DNA of 64,000 nt from Octopus bimaculoides (Eukaryota). The position numbers and the translations under genes are program-made. The notes beneath the pieces were generated by a model. The model was not told the DNA's origin and ran no database searches. It was given only the letters and a program-made list of their open reading frames with translations. The stretch is from the NCBI RefSeq assembly GCF_001194135.2, contig NC_068981.1, positions 56,334,231 through 56,398,230 of the forward strand. The letters are read 5' to 3'. Below are positions 39,391-53,994 of the stretch, piece after piece (positions within the stretch are counted from its first letter, which is position 1; every line of letters starts with the position of its first letter).

Positions 39391-40974
39391 CTAATTCTGC
39401 ATCTGTTCACTGATACAAAATGAAACTGTAAAACTTTATCAGGAAATGTTATTCATTCTTATTTACTTGAAAAAGCATCTAAAAATTCATCTGATATTCT
39501 TTCGAAATTATAGCACATATTTTTCGACACGATATCTCCGATGGAAGCTCTAGTCGCATAACTTTGTTTGTTGCCCAAGATTATGAAAGAACCATGTTCA
39601 GAGTGGATCTGAATTCCCGTGTGTAGATATCAACATGTGGCGTTGCTTGTATTGTTTCAGAACTTCTATCTTTTCGGTTCTGTCTTTTCTCTATCACTTT
39701 CTTTTCTCCGTTTGCCTCCTGGAGTTAGTTATGGTTATTTATCTCCAGGCAATTCAAGCACATTGGCATGTTGATATTAACTGTGAATTCCGCAGTGGTA
39801 TTGCCTGAAGTTAACAGTATTCTGACATTGCAGGAAAGAATTTCACACACATCTCGATGTAAACAAAACTGCTAGCAATCTTCATATTTCTCTCTCCTTC
39901 TTTTCTTCATTCACCCTCTCTCGTTTCATTTCTTCTGTTCATAAAAAAATAAAAAATAAAATAAAAAAAGATTAAAATTTTGCTCGAAAAATCTTCTGTC
40001 GTAAATAATACGTGAGTAACATTTTAAAATTGAAACTGCAGAAGAACAGGAGAAAGCGCCAGAATTGTCAAGGGAAGAGATAGAAAGACAGGAATAGAGA
40101 GATATAAAGATAGGAGAGAAACAGACATAACAGAAAGAGAAAAAGGTGGTAAGTATGAGTATACGTGAAAGAGAGGGAGGGAGAGAGAGAGAATATAAAG
40201 ATAGAAACTGGGCGGGAGATACAGAGATACAGAGATAGTGAGATAAAGAGAATGAGAAAAGAAGAAAAAAGAAACGAAATGCAAAATCAAATGAAAGAAT
40301 TTGGTAGAAAATGCTCTTAGAGCCCGAATGTCTGTGAATTGTTTAAAACATTTTAATAATATTTTGTTTTTGTGAAAATAATTTATCGAATGTGAATGAA
40401 ATACTAGAGGAAATAAATAAAAGACAAATTGATTAATGGGAGGTATAAACTTATATAATAACAGAAATTTATTATAAAAGTAAAATAATTAAAATAAGAG
40501 AATAAACGATAAAATAATGATGGATACAACCGACAAAAAGAATTGATAATGTTAATACAATGAAAATCTACGAAACTGTTTTAAATATGAATTTAAATAA
40601 TTTAAATAAAATGTACATAAAATGGCATTTTTTAAATATTTAAAATAAATCTGTGATGATCGCTGTTGAGGAAATGTATCTATTTCTCGTTTCCAACAAA
40701 TTCGTTTCGTTTACACTACACGAACATGGTGACTTTTCGTTTGAACACTCATAAAATTACACGGGCCTTCTTATGCATGTATAAAGAAAAGGAGTTGAAA
40801 TATAAATTGAAAACTTATGTCAACACTGTATACAGTTGACTTAGAAAGAACTAAAATATTTGTGTCACTAGTGTATTCGAATGATTTTACTCAGTACCAG
40901 GTCAGATTTGATTAAGTAGATATATGATCTGAGGTATCTCAGCCTTTGTTATTTATGAGTATTTTTATTTATTT

Positions 40975-41130
40975 ATGCGCCCTTTTAAAGCCTAGCCAGG
41001 CTCATGGGCCCGGCTTCCCGGTTTCTATGGCGTATGTGCTTCCCCCAGCTGTACGGGACGCCAGTCCATCGCAGCGTTACTCAAGAAACAGGAAGAAAGA
41101 GTGAGAGAAAGTTCGGGCGAAAGAGTACTC
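40975..41130 (-). mobile_element. SINE 3' fragment
   Basis: gggacgccagtccatcgcagcgttactc is shared with 19870-19895. Confidence 0.6.
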
Positions 41131-41516
41131 TTAATTTCTCCGCCGCCTCTATGTAAATAGATACCATGGGGCAGATACAGCTTTCCGTTGTAAGGATCAG
41201 TAACATTGGATAATTAACGACTGTGTCATTAGCTATTGTGGTTAATTCATTGTATCAACCAGATGACTACAAAGTGACCTCAGACTGATATCCACTATCA
41301 TCAGAATCCTTCGTATGTCCCCAACAGTCTTTCAACACAATATGGATTATATCAGCTAATGTCAAATAGCTAAGTCAACTAAAAACTTTCAATCCTAGGA
41401 TATGTCTTCATGACAGCTATTATAGATTTCTTTAGTAAGAAAAAAGTAGTATGGTAACACCGAGTTGATAGTCGATGTTATTAAGTGAGTGTGTGTGAGT
41501 GTGTGTGTGTGTGTGT

Positions 41517-41586
<70 letters not shown>

Positions 41587-43873
41587 NNNNNNNNNNNNNN
41601 NNNNNNNNNNNNNNNNNNNNNNNNNNNNNNNNNNNNNNNNNNNNNNNNNNNNNNNNNNNNNNNNNNNNNNNNAGAGAGACAGAAAGTGAGAGAGAGAGAG
41701 AGAGAGAGAGCGACAGAGAAAGAGAGAGAGAGAGAGAGAGCGACAGAGAAAGAGAGAGAGAGAGAGAGCGACAGAGAAAGAGAGAGAGAGTTCTACAAAC
41801 TCTCTGTTAAAGATTGCCCTGGTGAGGGCCAATTATAAACTTAGTTATAATTCATATGTATACTTTATAGAATAAAACAAAAATGAATGGAAAACAAACC
41901 TGTTGTTGAGCGTGTAAGAACTCCAGTTCAATTACTGTCACAAGAGTTTCATTGTGATTAAAGATACTTCCAATGGCCAATAGCAGCAAGCTGTAAATAG
42001 AAGCCATAATGAGTTAAGGTGATAACACTGTGTATTTGATCAGTGTTTTTGTTTGTTTTCTAGAGAGGAAGTAAAAAGCTAAAAAACATCTAATAAAAAC
42101 AAAAATGAATAAGCGACAATAAAACTGCTATGGACGCACGTAACATAAATCTCAATAATGTCACTATTGAAATGTTGCCTTCAAATTAGACTCTGGTGTT
42201 GACTTAGCAACCATTTTTTATCATGAATACATATTGTGGACGACTTAAAAAGTCCTGATGCTTTTCTATAGCAAAAAAGTCGAGTTCACCCCCTTTGCAT
42301 AATGTAGTGTGGCTCCTGAAAAAAAGGCTGTTGCAGTGTTTAGCTATAAATATGAGGTGACCAGTTTATCAAATCTACATTACGTCTTAAGGTTATTAAG
42401 TCATTGGAGTTTTGGTTTTCAAACAATTAGAGGGCGATCCTAGAATAATTGCGGTTAGTACCGCAAGGTGGCGAATTGGAACAATCCTTTGAGCATGAGA
42501 CAGAATACTTTGCGGTATTCGTTCCGCTTCTGGTGCTCTTAGTTCAAATCTTCTTCATAATCATCATTACTTCTTCATCTTTTCTTCTTCTCCTTGTTGT
42601 TGTTGCTGTTCTTCTTCTTCTTCTCCTCCACCTCCACCTCCTCCCTCTCCTTCTTCTTCTTCTTCTTCTTCTTCTTTTTTCACTCCCCTTCTGGATTGTA
42701 AGTTCCACCTTGTCATATTGACTTGCTTTCACTATATGCATATGAATCAATCGAAGTGTACAGTATTATATATCCATTACGGCCGGTCTTACCAATCGGT
42801 TTCGCACTTGGGGCTCAACGGAGTGTTAGGTAACAGTCCGATTATGTAACACTGTGCTCATGTGAGGTAGCCGTTGTAGAATGAAATATGGAGACTGCTC
42901 TCTATTGTTGGAGATGCATAGACAGATCCGGTATATATATAGGACAACACTTTATTACATTTTGTTACAGATATATCTAACATATTAAGATATCAAAATA
43001 TTCTCCTGATGATCAGTTACGCTTGGAATCCAAGTGCATTTTGATTCCAACCGTAATTTTCAATTAATTGAAATAGTGAAACGTACGTTGAAACTAAATA
43101 TATTAAATATTTATATTTGTGTCTATCTTGATTTTCCACTGTATATGCTCTGTATATCATAAGTACTATCACTGCTAAGTACAAACGTCGACTAACCACT
43201 ATATTGGAAGCTGACTGGATAATGATAATCTATGTGGAACTCTAACTGATACAGTTCTAGTTGTACATCTAACTGTACCCACATTATATATATATATATA
43301 TATACGCACACATATACACATATAAAGTGCCCTTACATTTCAACTTAAATGGAAATGGCAAACTTAGTGAATTTTAAACTTCATTCGCATTTCATTTTTA
43401 TGCGCATGCTTTGCTCTTACGTTATACACGTATGCAGGCACAAATATATAATCAAAAGCTCACGTTAAACAGAAAATATACCCACGCACACAAACACACA
43501 CACANNNNNNNNNNNNNNNNNNNNNNNNNNNNNNNNNNNNNNNNNNNNNNNNNNNNNNNNNNNNNNNNNNNNNNNNNNNNNNNNNNNNNNNNNNNNNNNN
43601 NNNNNNNNNNNNNNNNNNNNNNNNNNNNNNNNNNNNNNNNNNNNNNNNNNNNNNNNNNNNNNNNNNNNNNNNNNNNNNNNNNNNNNNNNNNNNNNNNNNN
43701 NNNNNNNNNNNNNNNNNNNNNNNNNNNNNNNNNNNNNNNNNNNNNNNNNNNNNNNNNNNNNNNNNNNNNNNNNNNNNNNNNNNNNNNNNNNNNNNNNNNN
43801 NNNNNNNNNNNNNNNNNNNNNNNNNNNNNNNNNNNNNNNNNNNNNNNNNNNNNNNNNNNNNNNNNNNNNNNNN

Positions 43874-43912
<39 letters not shown>

Positions 43913-44031
43913 AGTATGTAAGGGTGTACACTAATTTATACATCGAAAGTCGCTCACCAGACAATATTCATTTGAGTGTACGATTGTGTATTTTTTCTTG
44001 TATTCTTAATTATTCACATATTTCTATTTCA

Positions 44032-44081
<50 letters not shown>

Positions 44082-44089
44082 ACTATCAT

Positions 44090-44869
44090 ATCGCCCTATC
44101 CACCTTTCTGAGAACGTTGCATCGAGGAAATTGTGCTCCTGAATTACATAATGATATGGTACCCCATCCTGTTGGAATAACACCACACTAAATTTGAGCA
44201 TAACCTGCACTGTGGGCACCACATTACTTGCGCAAAATGTCAAGGTAGTTAAGAAATGTCCTAGGACTGATGAACACGACAAATCGGCCGACTCAGTGGC
44301 ACCCCGCTGATTCATCTCAGTTGCTACAGTCAGGTGGAGGTATTCGTCATACAAGTAAAAGCAGTTATGCCTGTTGACATCACTTGACAACTTCAAAAAG
44401 GCCTCGTCCGACCAAACAATTTTGTAAAAGAATTTTGGATTTCCATGAAAGCCATTCAGCATCTCTGCGAACTGCATATGACGATCTGGATCATCTTCTG
44501 CTAAGCGTTACAGGAATCTGGGTCGGTGTGGCTTCAAGTTCAGTTGTTTCTTAAGACTACTTAGTTGTTTCGTGAGATGCTTAACTCAGCCGACGCTCGT
44601 CTGGTAAGTTTCATAGGACCATACACAAACCTCAGACTTGCCTGCATCAGATTTTTCTCAGTGGTAAGAGTTCGTGGACGTCCGGAGTTCGGGACATTCT
44701 TCAGTGAACCTGTCTCCTCGAATTTGTCTCTTACCTTTTAAATTGACTGTCTTGACGACGGATCGGTGTGGAAGGTTTTTGTCAACTTCTGGTACCTTTC
44801 TGCATTTTCAAATTCCCGGGAATTCGTTACAATTCATTTTCTCTCGATATCTGTCAAGTGGCCTGCCAT
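44090..44869 (-). pseudogene. Tc1/mariner-superfamily transposase remnant, rosa/DD41D-like motifs, 3'-truncated at (GATA)n
   Basis: MAGHLTDIERK..DKFEETGSLKNVPNSGRPRTLT..EDDPDRHMQF..KIVWSDEAFLKLSSDVNRHNC..FQQDGVPYHY..FSERWIGR. Confidence 0.85.
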
Positions 44870-45313
44870 TACGTCGCACAACCCTGTAAAATAAAGACTG
44901 TCAGCCTACTTTTCCACAACGCTGTAAAGACACGCATGCAAGCATACACACTTGTAGGTGGACACACTTATGTACAAACAACATACACACACTCATATAT
45001 AGAAATACACGTTCCCGTACACATACACGAGATATTTGTGTATATGCAGTGCACTATATGCATGAGTATGAGTTTGTGTACGTATGTCGGAATATGGGGA
45101 CTTATTTGTTCACAAAGATGTATTTTACTTTTATAATTAAATATTTTCATTATTACATTCAATATATAGAGAACAATTTGTCTGTACAGAGAAGCAATAT
45201 TATTTGAATTTCCCCAGATTTTAGTATAAAGTAATGTATATCAATATACATAGACGTAAATAAATGTACATATGAATAATCACACTGCCTCACACAGGTG
45301 CATACACATACAA

Positions 45314-45346
<33 letters not shown>

Positions 45347-46067
45347 NNNNNNNNNNNNNNNNNNNNNNNNNNNNNNNNNNNNNNNNNNNNNNNNNNNNNN
45401 NNNNNNNNNNNNNNNNNNNNNNNNNNNNNNNNNNNNNNNNNNNNNNNNNNNNNNNNNNNNNNNNNNNNNNNNNNNNNNNNNNNNNNNNNNNNNNNNNNNN
45501 NNNNNNNNNNNNNNNNNNNNNNNNNNNNNNNNNNNNNNNNNNNNNNNNNNNNNNNNNNNNNNNNNNNNNNNNNNNNNNNNNNNNNNNNNNNNNNNNNNNN
45601 NNNNNNNNNNNNNNNNNNNNNNNNNNNNNNNNNNNNNNNNNNNNNNNNNNNNNNNNNNNNNNNNNNNNNNNNNNNNNNNNNNNNNNNNNNNNNNNNNNNN
45701 NNNNNNNNNNNNNNNNNNNNNNNNNNNNNNNNNNNNNNNNNNNNNNNNNNNNNNNNNNNNNNNNNNNNNNNNNNNNNNNNNNNNNNNNNNNNNNNNNNNN
45801 NNNNNNNNNNNNNNNNNNNNNNNNNNNNNNNNNNNNNNNNNNNNNNNNNNNNNNNNNNNNNNNNNNNNNNNNNNNNNNNNNNNNNNNNNNNNNNNNNNNN
45901 NNNNNNNNNNNNNNNNNNNNNNNNNNNNNNNNNNNNNNNNNNNNNNNNNNNNNNNNNNNNNNNNNNNNNNNNNNNNNNNNNNNNNNNNNNNNNNNNNNNN
46001 NNNNNNNNNNNNNNNNNNNNNNNNNNNNNNNNNNNNNNNNNNATATATATTTATATGAGAATACGTC

Positions 46068-46137
<70 letters not shown>

Positions 46138-47257
46138 TATGTACATATATGTGTGTATATATGTAAACAGGTATATATATATATATATATAGCATTATAT
46201 ATCTAACTACAATTCAATATCAACTTAAATATTAACTCAATAAATGTAGCAGGCTTTGTAGAATTTAAGAAACTTTACGAGGAAATCAGTGACAGTGACT
46301 TCAAAGTTTAAGCTTGGTAGGATGCATCTCACTGCCCTTTACTTGGGTTCTTTTTGACTTTATATAGTTTTTGTAAGTTGCTTTCTGGGGTAGGCGGAGC
46401 CATGTGAATAAAAATTATGTGTAGTGTAGATAAACCAAGGAACTATTTGTGTAGGAAGGGGGCGAAATAGATCTGTAGGAGGAAGTATGCGTTTGTAGGG
46501 TGTAGTTGTCAAAAATACCGTGTTGAGAGATTTAATTTGGCTTCATGTGTGAATTCTATTGTTAGTTTGTGTTCAATCAAACTTAGAATTAAAGGTGCAA
46601 ATAAACGTGCCAAATTCAAGCCACAACATACTATGTATAGAAATTAATTTTTGTTATGTTTTAGAAAATTCTAATAATTTTAGAAACATAGTCTTATCAA
46701 TCCTAACCTTTCAAAAATTTCCAGTTTAAAATTTGTGAATAAGAATCTAATAACTCCGACATCAATTCAATCCCAGTCTGATCTATGTTGAGTAACCGAC
46801 TGATTTATCAATAAGCATTCTTCCATGAATCCTTATACAACAAAGTTAACTTTCTATACAAAGGATGTCATGAACTTAATTTGACACATCTATTTATACC
46901 TTCTCTTCCAAAGCTGAGTGAACCTTACGCAATTCTAAAATTCCGATATCAAACCGAACACATACTCTCCCATTATATCCCTGTACTCTACTTTCAGAAC
47001 AATAACTTTCCCATCTGCCTACACCACACATAAGTACTATTCACATAGTTCCACCTAATCCCCAAAGACTATATAAGTCCCCCACCAAAAAAAAAAAAAA
47101 AAAAATAAAAAACAAACAAAACAAAAAAAGCAAATGAGACAGTCTGATGTAGATGAGATTTCGAAGTCATTGTCAACTATTTCCTTGAAAGATTAAATAT
47201 GTATGTGTAAGGATGCGTGCATGTGCGCGTGCATGTACATACATACACACATATGTG

Positions 47258-47500
47258 AGAGCGCATGGCCTAGTGGTTAGGATCTACTCGCAATCGTAAA
47301 ATTGTAGTTTCAATTACTGGAATGGGTGGTGCGTTGTGATCTTGAGCAAAACATCTCATTCCACGTCGCCCTGCGATAGCTTAGACACCTGAAATATGGT
47401 AGAACATTCATTTGGTGGAGAGAGTGTAAAGCACATACATTTGATTACTATAAACAAATCATTTGTGCAGGTCGTTCAGCAAGAGATTGCAGAACCGTCA
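47258..47500 (+). mobile_element. Decayed tRNA-derived SINE
   Basis: gcgcatggcctagtggttagg (A box), decayed B box, gcgttgtgatcttgagcaaaacat central domain. Confidence 0.7.
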
Positions 47501-47572
47501 TTCACGGACTCCAAGGGACTATCATTTTATATGCATTAACATGTGAATATGTTTGTGTATATATATATGCAC

Positions 47573-47632
<60 letters not shown>

Positions 47633-47846
47633 GTACATGCCAGTATATTTTGTGTGTGTGTGTGTGTAGGTTTACATATGTACGTGCATACACATGCATG
47701 TATATGTACGTATCATTTGGTATACGTTGATTTACATACACATTTTTACACACACACACATATATACACATATATCTACATGTTCATTAATGTCATTAAT
47801 GCTTGAATATCAAAACATGTTTTGATTTGTTTATATATATTTAAGA

Positions 47847-47880
<34 letters not shown>

Positions 47881-47962
47881 CATATGTATAGCAAGTTAGT
47901 ACGATAGATATTAGTTTACATATATACATACAGACACACACATACATATATATATATGTATA

Positions 47963-48262
47963 TGTGGTTTGATCAATAAGTATTCGGACTGTTGCCATAG
48001 TAACGAGGTTAAAGCACGCAGAGTAAAACCGCTTGGTGCAGATTGACCTTGAACTTTGCTGTGTATGTGCAGAGTTCTAACTAAGTTTTAACATTCTTGC
48101 TTACTTCCCCTGTTTACTGCAGTGCTGGAAAGGAAAGTGTGTAGCATGTGATCTTCGCATTGACCATAATTGAAAGTTGTGCAGAGAATCTGCATCAAAT
48201 TTTGCCAAAAGTTTGGTGGTTCCTGCTCAGAGGCCTACACAAAGTTTTCAAAGATTTTCATC
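47963..48262 (+). mobile_element. Mariner 5' fragment (TIR-like end and transposase N-terminus)
   Basis: TA-gtggtttgatcaataagtattcggac terminus; QRICIKFCQKFGGSCSEAYTK is a typical mariner N-terminal helix. It ends where a SINE half begins. Confidence 0.75.
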
Positions 48263-48269
48263 GCCCGTC

Positions 48270-48321
<52 letters not shown>

Positions 48322-48540
48322 ATGTTTGTGTGTCTGTGTTTGTCCCCCCCAACATCGCTTGGCAACTGATGGTGGTGTGTTTACATTCCCGTAACTTAGC
48401 GGTTCGGCAAAAGAGACCGATCGAATAAGTACTAGGCTTCCAAAGAATAAGTCCTGGGGTCGATTTGCTTGACTAAAGGCGGTGCTCCAGCATGGCCGCA
48501 GTCAAATGACTGAAACAAGTAAAAGAGTAAAAGAGTATCT
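48263..48540 (+). mobile_element. SINE 3' half (internal microsatellite to tail)
   Basis: cccgtcgtatata..gtttgtcccccccaacatcgcttggcaac..ggcggtgctccagcatggccgcagtcaaatgactgaaacaagtaaaagagtaaaagag. Confidence 0.85.
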
Positions 48541-51506
48541 GAGAAGTGAGTGTATCCCTGAGTTCACTCACAGTAACATATTCAACGTACAGGAACATTT
48601 TGGAAAACATCATGGATGGACAAATTCCTTCGACGATGGAGAGTAGAGAAACAAATAGATTTGAACAGTTTGAAGTGTGTAAATCCAAATTTGCAAAAAG
48701 GTGGCTTTGGCAGTAGGTAACTATTATATTAAACTACGGCAATAGAGATTTTTGTTCCTCTTAGTTTGACTGAGAAAACTCTTTTTGAGGTTAGCATTGC
48801 TGACATGTACCCAGTAATTTCCTGGTAAAGATGGTCCAAACAAAACTTACCAAATTCGGGATCTGGTCAGTAACCCATCGACTTTCGGTAGTCTTATCAT
48901 AGCGGGTTTCCATGGTAAATATACCCTAAATCTTTAACATTCCAAGTACTGGCGCTAATTGACTTCCATTAATACATACATACATGAATGCATGCATGCA
49001 TACATACATGCATAATACATATATGCATGCATACATACATACATATATACATACATACATGCATACGTACATACATACATACATACATACATACATACAT
49101 ACATACATACATACATTCAGACATATTTCTAGTAGGGAAGCAGAAAATAATGCATTATCACTTGGTGTATCTTAGGCAAATGCACTGAGGCCAGAAACAA
49201 GGTACAAATTGAACCTCTAAGGGACTACTTCAACCATTTGCAAGCAACAGTGAAATAATTCTCAAACTACACCCCTTCGTTTTTGAAGAAGAAACTTTTG
49301 TCTGGGTGCTGTATTTCTGATGGTCATGGTTGGAATGCCTTTGATCATATATCTGTTCGTTCAAGCTAAAGTTGGGCTTAATTACAGAAACAACAATGAC
49401 TGCTATATAAGTATACAAGTATATAGCAATTCAATGGATATTAGCGAAAGCACAACGTACTTATGCGGTCATACAGCACCGTCATCTATACGATAAACCC
49501 GTTCATTCTGAGCCCCCAACCAAATGTACATATGGTATATGAAGATTGCTTACCGGCATTCCATAACAACATTTCATAAAATTGATACGTATTCTATCAT
49601 CTCCAGAGATAGTCTTATCTATCGCTAAATCTGTTTGAAACACCATCCAAATTACCTTCAATCACACTCAAAAGTCTTAGAAAAGAAAGATCACAATGTA
49701 TTTCTGCATACATTAATTGTAGATTGAAATTGTTAAGGTTGCAACGCCTTTCAACGCAGATCTGTTTGATTAAATATTATCTAGATCTACTTAATGTTTC
49801 TGGTGAAATATGACTCTAGATTAATAAGACCGTAAACTATGTATAAAAACGTTGCCTTTCTCATGACCTGCTCCTTATTCATGAGAATTCACAGTCTTAT
49901 TGCAAATCGAGGATAAATATATAATTTTATCCTCGCATTTCTGGGTTCAAATACATCGCATATTAACATGGACTTCTCTTGCTTTCTGGAACCAAAACTG
50001 ATATTGTTCTCAATAATGCAACTGTTAAGTCTGAATTAACTCTCACACCGTCAAGCACTTCTACAATCACGGGTGCTCCAGCACTGAACATCTCGCCTTT
50101 TCTCAGTATCACATTATTCAATATAATCTTGTTTTATATATGACGGTAGAGATAGATTTGAAGGAGATTTGAGTGTTATTTCTAGCAGACCAAATAGCCA
50201 CTTAGTGAGTTTCTCGTTGGTTCATGTCAGTTTCAATCACCAGTTTTATATTGATATCAGTTTCAATCATCAATAAACCTCATTTACCAAAATTGGCTTT
50301 ACGCTTTATTAAAAGAAATCAATATTAGCATTATTTAATATCACATGAATTTGGTCTATTATTTGGTAATAATTTATTACATAGAATATACGTTGATCAA
50401 GGGCAATGCCTAATAAATATATTAATATCAATACCAGAATAAGCTTAATTACCATAAAGTCGACTCATTCATAATAGCGGTCACTGAGTAGAGCGAAAGA
50501 CTTAAAGTGATAAAAGATGTCATTTCCCACTGTCTCTATCATCTTTATGATTTTGAAATTGAGAGTGAACGGCAGTGGTTGACAAGGTAAGAGATGTTAC
50601 ACTTCTTGGAAACGAAAAACACATTTTATTTATCTATCTGAGTGGGTGGGTACACTATGCGAATAAGATGGAAAGATTTCACCATCAGGATACTTAATCT
50701 TGAATATACCCCTTTTTTTATAATTTATGCACAATTTTTATAGACTTAATACACAGCAATCATAAAATAAATATTCACTCTTATTTTTCCATTTTTCGCA
50801 TAAAAGATATCCCGTACATATGATACAACCTTTAGTTAAATTGCATATATCTGCCACATAAATAAGCGTGAATATTTCACGGAATTGCACTTGTGCGCAT
50901 GCGTTAAGTGATAGGTGATATAAAATAAACTTAGTTCACTATCCAATCACCACCGCTACCTCTACCACCTGTTTTATCTTCAGTTTCTTTTACTGTTTTC
51001 AATTATTTGACTGAAGCCATAATAGACACTGTCCCTGAAAGGACCCCGATGCTTGTTTTAGCCTGCTACTTATTTTCTATATTTATCTACTGAGAGGCTA
51101 AGTTGCCTTTTTGACAGCACACAGTATTTCAACTGGTGGTGTGATAATACAAATACGAATATAGTCGAAGCCACACATATTTATATGTTTAATTAATTAT
51201 ATATATATATATNNNNNNNNNNNNNNNNNNNNNNNNNNNNNNNNNNNNNNNNNNNNNNNNNNNNNNNNNNNNNNNNNNNNNNNNNNNNNNNNNNNNNNNN
51301 NNNNNNNNNNNNNNNNNNNNNNNNNNNNNNNNNNNNNNNNNNNNNNNNNNNNNNNNNNNNNNNNNNNNNNNNNNNNNNNNNNNNNNNNNNNNNNNNNNNN
51401 NNNNNNNNNNNNNNNNNNNNNNNNNNNNNNNNNNNNNNNNNNNNNNNNNNNNNNNNNNNNNNNNNNNNNNNNNNNNNNNNNNNNNNNATATACATACATA
51501 CATACA

Positions 51507-51537
<31 letters not shown>

Positions 51538-52329
51538 GAATAAATGTATAATATATGTATATACATGTATGTATGTATCTATCAATCTATCTACAGGACG
51601 GTTTCCGTCTAATAAATAACGCGTTACTTTATGATAGTTTGTTAATTATATCGTTTATGTTTCCTTCAAATTTGCTTATTTTCACTCCTCGAGTGCAATG
51701 TTTTTACTAAAGCATATATTTATTAGAAAGACACCAGCTAAATCTCTTTCATATTACACTGTACTATACTGGATGATAGATTTGATTTGTCATCAAGTTT
51801 AACACCACGACTTGAATTCCTTTGGCATTCACTTTGTTACAAGCATTCGGGACAGGTTGTATATTCAAGCATAAAAATTTCTTCCCACTGGTCTCAGATT
51901 CTCCGAAAATAATCACGGGGCTGCCTTTCCTCTTTTGGTTAAGCCCTTAAGGAATACAAATCTGAAAAAAACAAACAAAAAAAAACAAACAGAATATTGA
52001 CGGCTGAAGCGCCTTCGGCGTATTTCTGTTTGATCGGTTATCCTATGTAGTTTATTTAGTCATAAAACAACTCTGAAAGACCCATGGGATAATTTCTTCA
52101 TTCCCGACATTAAAATTGTTATTCGAGCTATACATTATACATAAATATTTTTTAAAACATCTATAATTGTGTACTAATATCAACTATCGTATCACGTAGT
52201 ATATTATTCATATTACTATACGAAAGTTATTTGCTTAGTCTATAAGCATAAATTGTAATGAAGCACTCCATTTTGGGGCTCGACCAGCCGGAAATTTCAG
52301 CCTCATCTTACCATCTCTTAAAAAGGACA

Positions 52330-52546
52330 TATTCTTTTCTACTCTAGGCACAAGGCACGAAATTTTGAGGGTGGGGTGCTAGTCGATTAGATCGACCCCA
52401 GTACGCAACTGGTACTTAAATCATCGACCCTGAAAGGATGAAAGGCAAAGCCGACCTCGCCGTAAGTTGAACTCAGAACGTAAGACAGACGAAATACCGC
52501 TAAGCATTTCGCTCGGCGTGCTAACGTTTCTGCAAACTCGCCGCCT
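52330..52546 (-). mobile_element. Near full-length SINE copy
   Basis: Close match to 38130-38292. Confidence 0.85.
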
Positions 52547-53994
52547 TTAAGAAATTACATATTGCCAAAGTAATTCTGGATACATTACCAGAAAATTAGA
52601 CAGGATGGTCCTGGCAGAAGTGTATTGATCATAGAACTACTGAAGAGGAGTTATCCTAAGGCTAAACAACAATTTTGTAAAACCAGTTTTCATTTCAATA
52701 CAAAACTGTGATTGCGGTTCGATCATCTCACATTTTTGCTGTTAACAAGGAAGAAATTATGCGGCTGCAGAGGTATACATACTTCAATGGAAAAAGAAAA
52801 TGTTTATTCTAGTGTTTTTCTACTTATTTATTGGATCTTACTGAGCTTTGTATTTCATTTTGGTCTTGTGATTAGGAAATGCATGCTGATTAAACGTTTT
52901 TTGAGAAGTTACGCTGCGAAGCTCAATATCGAAACCCCTAACCTGATGGCTAGAGTTCGGTGTTAATGTCAGGCATTTGACATTAGTACTTAAGGGAGTA
53001 GTTTTTAATTTGTCGAATTAGCAACAATAACAGATCAAGTGAACAGAATTACCTTTTTGTAACGTTGAAAATGTATCCAATATGAATAATCATTTGGTTA
53101 ATATATAAAACAACAATTAAAAGCTTTTAGGATACGGTAAATAGGAAAATTCCCCGTGTGGTTTAACGGAACATTTATCTAATTATTACTTGCTTTGGTT
53201 CGTAACCCCTGCCACATTTAATTTACGATTAGATAAATTGCATGTAGATTGCGATCGGTCAACATGAATTCAACTGCATATTAACATATGCTCCTTACTG
53301 ATTGGTGACATTTAAGGCCTTTAGTTCATTGACTACATAGAAAAGGTTCCACCACAAGTGAAATATAGTTGTTTAGTCAACAGTTCCATTGTATCTTACT
53401 CCTCTGAGAATCGTCGGCAGTATCAATTCGACGCCTCTGTTGCATCTTAATTTCCTGGAAATATTACTAATAAACGCTTTTTTTTTTTCGTATGAAATAA
53501 TATAACACCGCTCGTCTGATTTCCAAATCGTGCAAATTTAGAGGCGAAACACAATTAGATTGGTTATTAGTCGTTATAATCATTTTTGATTATTTCAAAG
53601 CGGAATTTGCTTTGTCATCTGAGACAGTTTTGTTAGACGTTCGTCAAAGCTCGTCAGCTCACAAAGGGTCTCAACTTGAAGGGGATTTTATATTATTATG
53701 CAATTCTATCAATCAAATAATGTTATCACGTTACACGACCCAACGAGGAAGCCCTTTATGCGGTCGCTCGATCACCTAGAAATAGTAGCCAAATATATTC
53801 AAGCTGCACGCTTCCGTCTTAAAATGCAAGGACATGTTCAAGAATGTAGGTCTAGTTGTACAAAACATATAAAAAATAATGGCAGAAATGCATTTAAGTG
53901 TAGGTTTGCTGTTTTGTGATGACTCCAAAACTAAACAATAACAGTAATTCAATAGTCATGTTAACGTGAGGATCTTCTAAGTGGTCCCTCGATC

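Noticed and set aside
46240-47080. Possible very old LINE remnant (NLQKLYKV..KRAVRCIL)
   Set aside because: It is too decayed to support a family call.
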